This document shows, piece after piece, positions 1-5,708 of a stretch of 31,097 bases of DNA. Origin of the DNA: a virus (lineage: Duplodnaviria; Caudoviricetes). A program made the translations under genes and the position numbers. How positions within the stretch are numbered: position 1 is the stretch's first letter; every line of letters begins with the position of its first letter. The notes under the pieces were generated by a model. The model searched no databases and was not told the DNA's origin. It saw nothing but the letters and a program-made list of their open reading frames with translations. The stretch lies in the IMG/VR virus record IMGVR_UViG_3300049046_000027, positions 1 through 31,097 of that record; one strand, written 5' to 3'.

Positions 1-482
1 GCTTGGTTCTTTTGAACGCTACCAAAAGATTTAACAACAGCTTCGAATGCACCTACAAAGTCTGCTTCCGAGATAGAAGGTTCAGCCGATTTCTTTACTT
101 CGTCTTTTTCCTCTTTATCTTCAGCTTTCTTTTTAGGTTTGTCTTTGCCCTTGTCTTTACCTTTAGCATCTTTGTCGTCTTCTTCCTTTTCAGGCTTCTC
201 AGACTTTTCAACCTCTTCTCCTTTTTCAGGATCAGCTTCCGGCTTAGGTTCTTCTTCAACCTTTTCACCTTCTTTTTCAGGTTGCTCTTCTTTAGGCTCC
301 TCAGCAGGTTCTTCAGTCTCTTCGACTTTCTCCTCTTCCTTCGGTTCCTCTTTCGGCTCTTCTGCTGGATCTTGAACAGCTTCAGCGTTTTCTAAGCCTT
401 CTGACTTTTCTACAGGCTCTTCAGTAAGCTTGTCTAAGTCTTCTGTTAACTTTTGAAATGATAATTTATTTTCTTCAGCCAA
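1..482 (-). CDS. Partial acidic E/K/P-rich protein, probable capsid scaffold-like protein downstream of the prohead protease (runs off the window edge)
   Basis: RBS AGAAAGGA, TTG start at 482, reads MAEENKLSFQKLTEDLDKLTEEPVEKSEG...; open to the edge; position after the protease is typical of Herelleviridae head modules. Confidence 0.75.
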   Translation of the reverse strand, partial: MAEENKLSFQKLTEDLDKLTEEPVEKSEGLENAEAVQDPAEEPKEEPKEEEKVEETEEPAEEPKEEQPEKEGEKVEEEPKPEADPEKGEEVEKSEKPEKEEDDKDAKGKDKGKDKPKKKAEDKEEKDEVKKSAEPSISEADFVGAFEAVVKSFGSVQKNQ

Positions 483-497
483 TTTATTCAGTCCTTT

Positions 498-1298
498 CTA
501 TTTATTCTCTTGGATCAACTTATCGATTGCTGCAACAGCTTCTACTCGTGACATACCTTTTGAAAGTTGAAGGAACATAACTGCAGCTTCCGGAGAATAC
601 CGTCCCATTGAATCTAGGTACGTACCAACGTCCTTAAAGATGCGATTTAGTTCTTTCGGGTCACCGATATGCTTGTAAGCGTAAGACAAGTTATGTAAGC
701 TTCGTGCAAACGACTCTGTACGTAGAGCAGCTGCGTCTGTTTGGGTCTCAGGAGTAATACCGAAACCAGTTAGGAAACTCTTCATAAAAGGATCCCAAAC
801 TGCATTAGGATTAGCAGGGTTTGTGGTCACGGCTACGTTTGTGATATAAGTGCTCTTGATAATTCGAGGGTCACTTTTATCTCGTGCCTTTGCGTACCCT
901 TCAATCGAGAACCCTATCTTACGAGAAATACCGGACTTTGCGATATTGTTAGCTAAATCCCAAATACTTTTAGCGTATGGATTACCTTTATACAGTTTGG
1001 CCTCTACGTATAATCCAACATTCGGATCAACATGAGTGCCTTCTGTAGGTGCTCCAATAATATAATCGTTCCCTTGGTGATGTTCGTAGTTGATATAGCC
1101 TCTCTCAACGAAGTGCGAGATGTCAATACCACTAGGATCTACGATGTCTTCTTGTAAGTCTAAGTCAGGAGTAGTTGCGTAACCTCGAAGGTACCAAGCC
1201 TTCTCCGTTTCGTTCTCATTACTCTTTTTAATAGACTCTTCTAAATCAATAGGAACAAACAGATCGATTTTACCATCTACTGTGCTCAGAGGATTCAC
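498..1298 (-). CDS. Prohead (capsid maturation) protease
   Basis: Motifs GYATTPDLDLQEDIV, INYEH, GFSIEG, VAVTTNPANP; follows the portal. The start is probably GTG 1298 or CTG 1289 rather than 1373, because a late-promoter motif lies at 1361-1370. Confidence 0.9.
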   Translation of the reverse strand: MNPLSTVDGKIDLFVPIDLEESIKKSNENETEKAWYLRGYATTPDLDLQEDIVDPSGIDISHFVERGYINYEHHQGNDYIIGAPTEGTHVDPNVGLYVEAKLYKGNPYAKSIWDLANNIAKSGISRKIGFSIEGYAKARDKSDPRIIKSTYITNVAVTTNPANPNAVWDPFMKSFLTGFGITPETQTDAAALRTESFARSLHNLSYAYKHIGDPKELNRIFKDVGTYLDSMGRYSPEAAVMFLQLSKGMSRVEAVAAIDKLIQENK

Positions 1299-1360
1299 CC
1301 CTCTCTTTATTATATCATAGTCTGTAACCGCACCTGTTGGGGCGGACAAGGCTTTACGTA

Positions 1361-1370
1361 TAATATAACA
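1361..1370 (-). promoter_or_regulatory. Putative late promoter TGTTATATTA
   Basis: Exact copy of the motif at 5664; matches the late-promoter consensus reported for Twort/K-like Herelleviridae. Confidence 0.7.
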
Positions 1371-1407
1371 CAAACATTAGTTTGTCTTTAAAATACAGAC
1401 TAGGAAG

Positions 1408-3066
1408 TTATACTTCCCAGTCATTAATCGGTTTTCCGTCGTCCTTTTTACCGCCTTGCGGAGTAGAGTTCGTGTTGTTAGAGCCTTTTAATTGCCCGTC
1501 CTTGCCGACTTGCTTATTGTGGGTACCTTTACCATTCACATTATCTAAGTCACCGTTATAGCCCGTCTGTTGCGCTACAAACTGACTCATCTCCATCTGC
1601 TGCTGTACCTTCATCTGCTCTTCTTGTAGGAGTTGGCCTAAACGTTGAACATGGACACCCGCTAATGTTACGTCCCCACCTTCTACTTCTGGGTAACCTA
1701 GCTCAGCACGTACATCATTAATTGTAAGACCGATTTTTGCTTTCGCTTCTAGGATATTGATAATCTCTAGTTCTGTCTTACTATCCCCCCCGATAAAGTT
1801 AAACACATACTTATCTCCAAATTGAGAAACGATGTATTTGTTGATTGCATCTTCGATAAACTTTAATAGAGGCTCTAATCCTTTATCCTTCGAGTTACGG
1901 TACTTCTCAGATGAGCTACCTTCATTTAAGGTATTTCCTGAGTTACCTGTTGCACCGCCACGGTTAGGGAAGTTAATTTCGGATGGATCAATAGAGAAGA
2001 TTGAGCTGATTACATTGATAAGGTAGTTCAACCATTTCTCGAATTCCATGTCCTTAGAGGATTGTGTCATATTTACAAACTTAACATCCTCAGCGGTAAT
2101 AACCGGAATCTTCCAGGCACCGTTTAAACCACTGAACATACTTGTCCATTCTCTACGGAACGATTGTAATGCCTGGTTCGATTGCTCTTGCCCTGTTTTA
2201 ATATGAAGCAAGCCGCGTGTTGTTCCACCTTGAGCAAAGAAACGAGCATTAAACTGTTCTGTGTTCTCATGGTATTGAAGATGGTTTAACGCAATCTCCA
2301 ACTCTGGGTAACCATATCGGCCGACTGTAATATCGGTACGAGGGTTATGTACTTCCCAGGCTAGTTCGTTTGCTTTAAACTCAGCTACCTTTTGTTTCTC
2401 GATAATCTGCACATACTTTGTCGCATTTTTGCCTTTAGGTTCTTTTCCTTTGCTATCTACAGCTACATAGATCGTAGAGGCGTCTACTGCTTTAAAGTGG
2501 TTTAGTTTACCTTGCTTATCATAGATTAATTCGAAATTGATTTTGTCATAGGTTAAGCGATCACGTACTAGCTTCTTTACAAACGAAGTAAAATTATCCC
2601 GTGTAAAGTTGTCTGTATCTTTCCCTGTATGTGCTAAGAAGCTTTCGATGCGCTTAATTGTTGCTTTGTCGTGTGTACTCTCTTCCTCTAAAGGATCCTT
2701 TAAACGTACTTCATAACCTACACCCTTCTCGTTGTAACGAGCTGGTGTACAGAACATGGATACCTGGTTTACACGCGTGTTGATAATAGCATTCAGGATA
2801 ATGTTTCGTCTTGACCATTCTTTTAGAGTGTTAAGTAGGTTATTCGTTCCGGAGATAGATGGAGCTTCTTTGTAGTCTGGATTCATTGAGAACCCGCTAA
2901 TTAATGGTTCTTCATATGCTTTAGCTCTTGCTGTTCCGTTCTTGCTCTTCTGGATTACCTCGTCTTCTAATTGTCTAATTGCAATCGAAACGTGGTCATT
3001 TATACTAATGGTCTGGTCTTGGGAGTTATTAGAGCCACCCCAAGGGAGCCAGTCTTTAAAACCCAT
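1408..3066 (-). CDS. Portal protein
   Basis: 552 aa; YGYPELEIAL, FFAQGGTTRGLL, KDMEFEKWLNYLINVISSIFSIDPSEINF; RBS GAGGAAG; upstream of the protease. Confidence 0.95.
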   Translation of the reverse strand: MGFKDWLPWGGSNNSQDQTISINDHVSIAIRQLEDEVIQKSKNGTARAKAYEEPLISGFSMNPDYKEAPSISGTNNLLNTLKEWSRRNIILNAIINTRVNQVSMFCTPARYNEKGVGYEVRLKDPLEEESTHDKATIKRIESFLAHTGKDTDNFTRDNFTSFVKKLVRDRLTYDKINFELIYDKQGKLNHFKAVDASTIYVAVDSKGKEPKGKNATKYVQIIEKQKVAEFKANELAWEVHNPRTDITVGRYGYPELEIALNHLQYHENTEQFNARFFAQGGTTRGLLHIKTGQEQSNQALQSFRREWTSMFSGLNGAWKIPVITAEDVKFVNMTQSSKDMEFEKWLNYLINVISSIFSIDPSEINFPNRGGATGNSGNTLNEGSSSEKYRNSKDKGLEPLLKFIEDAINKYIVSQFGDKYVFNFIGGDSKTELEIINILEAKAKIGLTINDVRAELGYPEVEGGDVTLAGVHVQRLGQLLQEEQMKVQQQMEMSQFVAQQTGYNGDLDNVNGKGTHNKQVGKDGQLKGSNNTNSTPQGGKKDDGKPINDWEV

Positions 3067-3081
3067 GTGTCATCACTTCCT

Positions 3082-3408
3082 CTATTCAAATGTTTCCGTT
3101 GCAATTGTATAATGGGTATCACCTAAAATATAAGTGTGTGTTTGAATGTGGTCAGCGTATCGGAATACCTTTCGACTGTTTAGTACGTTAGCATATGTAT
3201 CGGTTGTTAGCTTGTCTCCGTCTAGTAAGAGAACGGTCTCTTCTGTTAGAAGGTCAATGATTAACCGTTTGGAGCCATTAACGGTCGAATAGACGAATAC
3301 GTTCTGGCCGCCCAGCTCTCGATAACATACAGCTACTTCTAGCCAGTTTGAGTTTCCGACAATCTGTTTGGCTTCTCGCCATTTTTCGTCTTGGTTAAAT
3401 GAGGACAT
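3082..3408 (-). CDS. Hypothetical protein upstream of portal
   Basis: 108 aa ORF, RBS AAGGAGG, late motif directly upstream. Confidence 0.8.
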   Translation of the reverse strand: MSSFNQDEKWREAKQIVGNSNWLEVAVCYRELGGQNVFVYSTVNGSKRLIIDLLTEETVLLLDGDKLTTDTYANVLNSRKVFRYADHIQTHTYILGDTHYTIATETFE

Positions 3409-3425
3409 AATTAGCCTCCTTTATA

Positions 3426-3435
3426 TAATATAGCA
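3426..3435 (-). promoter_or_regulatory. Putative late promoter TGCTATATTA for the head operon
   Basis: One mismatch to TGTTATATTA, just upstream of the RBS. Confidence 0.6.
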
Positions 3436-3499
3436 AGTAAGTGTCTATCTCTATTATATCATGGGTTGAGTAAGGTTTAGGGGTTGTGTACGAAGACGT

Positions 3500-3532
3500 A
3501 AAAAAGACCACCGGTTTCCGATCCGATGGTCT
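3500..3532 (-). terminator. Intrinsic terminator ending the RNA cluster
   Basis: Minus strand AGACCATCGG-loop-CCGGTGGTCT followed by a T run. Confidence 0.75.
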
Positions 3533-3568
3533 AAAAAAGGAGAAAAAATGAAAGAATGGAAAACTATT

Positions 3569-3644
3569 AGGTATCCCAGGTAGGATTCGAACCTACGATG
3601 TGCCGGGCAATTCCAGCGCTCTACCAACTGAGCTCATCTAGGAT
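3569..3644 (-). pseudogene. tRNA-like element with no assignable anticodon (6-nt loop AATTGC; ends ACCT)
   Basis: Acceptor ATCCTAG/CTGGGAT, D arm GCTC-AGTTGGTA-GAGC, T arm GTAGG-TTCGAAT-CCTAC; anticodon arm GCTGG-AATTGC-CCGGC. Confidence 0.7.
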
Positions 3645-3762
3645 AAAAGGTACCTATAAGCCGTCACGCCTACAGATAATCAAGTTCCTTCGGTAGTCAG
3701 CCAAAGGACAGAAAAGGATGGTCATCAAAAATGAAAAGAGTAAGAAAACTATGCCAGAAGTG

Positions 3763-3863
3763 AATATTCACTTCCTAAAAGGCCCTAGCTGAATCTGCAC
3801 GAAACCACAGTGAATGTAGGTTTTAATAAAACCGTTTTTAGGGCGCTTTAGGAAATGAGTATT
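3763..3863 (-). ncRNA. Putative structured RNA (long closing stem plus internal hairpins)
   Basis: ~25-bp imperfect inverted repeat AATACTCATTTCCTAAAGCGCCCTA / TAGGGCCTTTTAGGAAGTGAATATT enclosing GGTTTT-ATT-AAAACC. Confidence 0.5.
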
Positions 3864-3868
3864 TTAAT

Positions 3869-3895
3869 TGGTGGAGGTTTAACCGACCTACCTCC
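3869..3895 (-). ncRNA. Acceptor-stem microhelix ending in ACCA
   Basis: GGAGGT-AGGTCGGTTAA-ACCTCC-A-CCA. Confidence 0.45.
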
Positions 3896-3947
3896 AAAGG
3901 GTGTATTTTACCATTGACTAGTATAGTTCAGGATATACACATCCCCA

Positions 3948-4032
3948 CTAGGCTGTTAGTTCCTCTTTTACGCCTCATTTAACTGTGAGCCTCGCTATCA
4001 CAGCACCTATGGTCTTCGTCTTTTAAGCCTAG
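3948..4032 (-). ncRNA. Putative structured RNA
   Basis: Closing stem CTAGGCT/AGCCTAG with internal hairpin CTGTGA/TCACAG. Confidence 0.35.
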
Positions 4033-4051
4033 AACACCAGTAAGGCATGGT

Positions 4052-4141
4052 TGGTACCTCGGGCAGGGCTCGAACCTGCGACTACAGCCTCCTAGCTTGC
4101 GCATCATCGGACACTAATTCTACCAACTGAATTACCGAGGT
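4052..4141 (-). ncRNA. tRNA-like RNA with the anticodon arm replaced by a 37-nt segment
   Basis: Perfect acceptor ACCTCGG/CCGAGGT-A-CCA, D arm ATTC-AGTTGGTA-GAAT, T arm GCAGG-TTCGAGC-CCTGC; no 7-nt U33 loop can be formed. Confidence 0.75.
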
Positions 4142-4145
4142 ATAG

Positions 4146-4195
4146 CGACCTTCCGGTTATGAGCCGGATGCTCTAACCAACTGAGCTATGGAGCA
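4146..4195 (-). pseudogene. 5' two-thirds of a tRNA with CAT anticodon (Met/Ile2 type), lacking the T arm and 3' acceptor strand
   Basis: TGCTCCA-TA-GCTC-AGTTGGTTA-GAGC-A-TCCGG-CTCATAA-CCGGA-AGGTCG, then stops 4 nt before the next tRNA-like gene. Confidence 0.8.
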
Positions 4196-4224
4196 TTAAT
4201 GTGCACCCACCCTCATACCAAGAA

Positions 4225-4296
4225 CCAAGATGGGTAGTAGTCCCCTCAACACACTTCGTCATCGGGTGTATCGCCCTACAGTGTGTAACGTCTTGG
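4225..4296 (-). ncRNA. Putative structured RNA
   Basis: Nested stems CCAAGA/TCTTGG, ACACACT/AGTGTGT, GGG/CCC. Confidence 0.4.
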
Positions 4297-4303
4297 GGCT
4301 ATA

Positions 4304-4461
4304 TGGTAGTCCGTTTTCAATCCAACTTCGACCGAGATACATGCGGTACGGACGGTAATTACTGGTTAGCATTTTAAGACTGTTTCCTAGTCTACCTGTC
4401 AAACCTACTAAGTAACTTGCGTAGGAACGTAAGCCTTCGAGTTGAAAGGTAATCGGCGACT
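4304..4461 (-). ncRNA. Multi-branched ~158-nt RNA ending in a paired stem plus ACCA
   Basis: 5' AGTC..CG..TTTCAACTCG pairs with 3' CGAAGTTG..TTGAAAA-CG-GACT-ACCA; internal hairpins CCTAC/GTAGG, AGACT/AGTCT, ACCG/CGGT. Confidence 0.45.
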
Positions 4462-4488
4462 GAGTGCTTTAAGCTCTGTCATAATAAA

Positions 4489-4564
4489 TGGCTGGGATAA
4501 CTGGTCTCGAACCAGTGACCTCCTGAGTAACAATCAGGCGTTCTACCAACTGAACTATATCCCA
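4489..4564 (-). tRNA. tRNA-Asn (GTT)
   Basis: Canonical 76-nt cloverleaf: TGGGATA/TATCCCA, anticodon loop TTGTTAC, T loop TTCGAGA, G discriminator, encoded CCA. Confidence 0.95.
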
Positions 4565-4567
4565 ATG

Positions 4568-4677
4568 TGGTGGAGGTGGTGGGACTCGAACCCACAGAGC
4601 AAAGGAAGCCTTCCCTTCCCTAACGACCGTCAAGGTGCTCATCTCCTTAGTGCGTTTGCCAATTCCGCCACACCTCA
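4568..4677 (-). ncRNA. Leu-type tRNA-like RNA with an expanded anticodon loop (110 nt)
   Basis: D arm GGCGGAATTGGCAAACGC (Leu-like), long variable arm AAGGGAA/TTCCTTT, T arm GTGGG-TTCGAGT-CCCAC, ends ACCA; about 21 nt between CTAAG and GTTAG instead of 7. Confidence 0.75.
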
Positions 4678-4687
4678 CATAATAAAA

Positions 4688-4722
4688 TGGAAAGCGCAAG
4701 CTATCGGGTAATAGTTGCGCTG
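4688..4722 (-). ncRNA. Minihelix (7+5 bp) ending in TCCA
   Basis: C-AGCGCAA-CTATT-ACCC-GATAG-C-TTGCGCT-T-T-CCA. Confidence 0.45.
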
Positions 4723-4735
4723 CTGTATGTGTGAA

Positions 4736-4807
4736 TAAAATAATAGACCCACTTAGAAGGAAAAAAGGGGAGGGAAAAACCTCCTAAGTGGCTTTACTAT
4801 TATTTTA
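4736..4807 (-). ncRNA. Long hairpin with a pyrimidine loop containing CCCTCCCC
   Basis: Stems TAAAATAATAG/CTATTATTTTA and CCACTTAG/CTAAGTGG. Confidence 0.4.
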
Positions 4808-4886
4808 CCCACTTTAGACCACGATTAAACCTGTTCGAGAAAATTAATTAGGAAGAGTTAGGTTCGGGTTTCTAACTCTATAATTT

Positions 4887-4915
4887 ATTATAACATACTT
4901 TCTATCTTGATACAA
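4887..4915 (-). promoter_or_regulatory. Sigma-A promoter driving the RNA cluster
   Basis: TTGTAT-17 nt-TATAAT with extended TG. Confidence 0.75.
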
Positions 4916-4993
4916 GCCTAGAGACTAAACTTTTTCACTTTTTTTTTATTTTGATCTTGAAGGAGGTAAATACCTTAATGGAAATTTTTAACA

Positions 4994-5641
4994 CCGTATT
5001 TTAATCCCTTGGGAGAGTAAGAGGGAAGACACTTTTACTTGAAAGCTTGTCGTATTAAATTTTATCTCCTCTGTATTATATATTTATTATTAATTACTTT
5101 ATATATTATATATTCTTTATAAGTATATTAAATATAATAATACGGAAAAGTTAAGTGATATAATACGACAAGGAATTCTTCAAATAGCTCTTAAACCCTT
5201 GATATGACTAGGATTAAAATACGACAAGGGTTATTTACCTTGTTCAAGAATGGGAATTGTAAGGGTAACTCTATCAAGGGAATAACCGTTTAAGGTGTCT
5301 AATAGCCTCTTCAAGACGTTTTATATGGTTTTGAATACTAAGACTAGGGTTAGAGGGTAAAACAAGCATATAAAGGGATTTTAATGGTCATAGAGATAGA
5401 AGATCTTACTCTTGAATCAAAGGTAAATGTTTTAACTAGTTTATTCCATTTTCTTCCACCATATTATATTTTAACGTTTCCCTTTAACTATATTTAATAT
5501 TATTTATAATACTATATATATATATATATACTTAATAGATATTAATAAATATATAATACAGAGAGGTTAAAAAGATAATATGACAACTTTCAAGAGTAAA
5601 GTCCCTTAATCCCTTGATATGACTGAGTTTAAAATACGACA
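4994..5641. repeat. AT-rich region with three ~95-bp related units (one inverted, two direct); candidate replication origin
   Basis: Units at 4994-5086 (inverted), 5129-5228 and 5546-5641; recurring AATACGACA core; CCCTTGATATGACT at 5196 and 5611; (TA)n tract at 5513-5530. Confidence 0.65.
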
Positions 5642-5663
5642 TCCATGTTCTTCAATTGGTTAC

Positions 5664-5673
5664 TGTTATATTA
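5664..5673 (+). promoter_or_regulatory. Putative late promoter TGTTATATTA
   Basis: Exact motif ~35 nt upstream of the depolymerase start. Confidence 0.7.
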
Positions 5674-5708
5674 TTCAGGAACTAATTAAAGAACGGAGGT
5701 TACATAAT

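Noticed and set aside
3-395. Plus-strand Phe/Ser-rich ORFs 3..395 and 139..375
   Set aside because: Shadows of the E/K-rich minus-strand gene, which has a proper RBS and fits the head operon
4225-4296. Hammerhead ribozyme (GUA, stem, CCGAUGA, CGAA)
   Set aside because: Lacks CUGAUGA, stem II and the GAAAC pairing, so the core cannot be assembled
4304-4461. tmRNA
   Set aside because: No T arm, no G3-U70 Ala acceptor, no tag ORF, and too short
4052-4677. Self-splicing introns in the odd tRNAs
   Set aside because: Inserts are only ~14 nt extra, far too small for group I/II introns, and I could not find an excision that restores a canonical loop
4442-4711. ORFs 4442..4711 (+) and 4469..4699 (-)
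   Set aside because: They overlap tRNA-Asn and the Leu-like RNA, with no convincing RBS
4994-5641. CRISPR array or MITE
   Set aside because: Repeats are long, degenerate, irregularly spaced and in mixed orientation; no cas genes, target-site duplication or transposase
5619-5708. N-terminal extension of the depolymerase ORF
   Set aside because: Lies in the repeat unit and upstream of the late promoter and RBS; ATG 5709 is preferred
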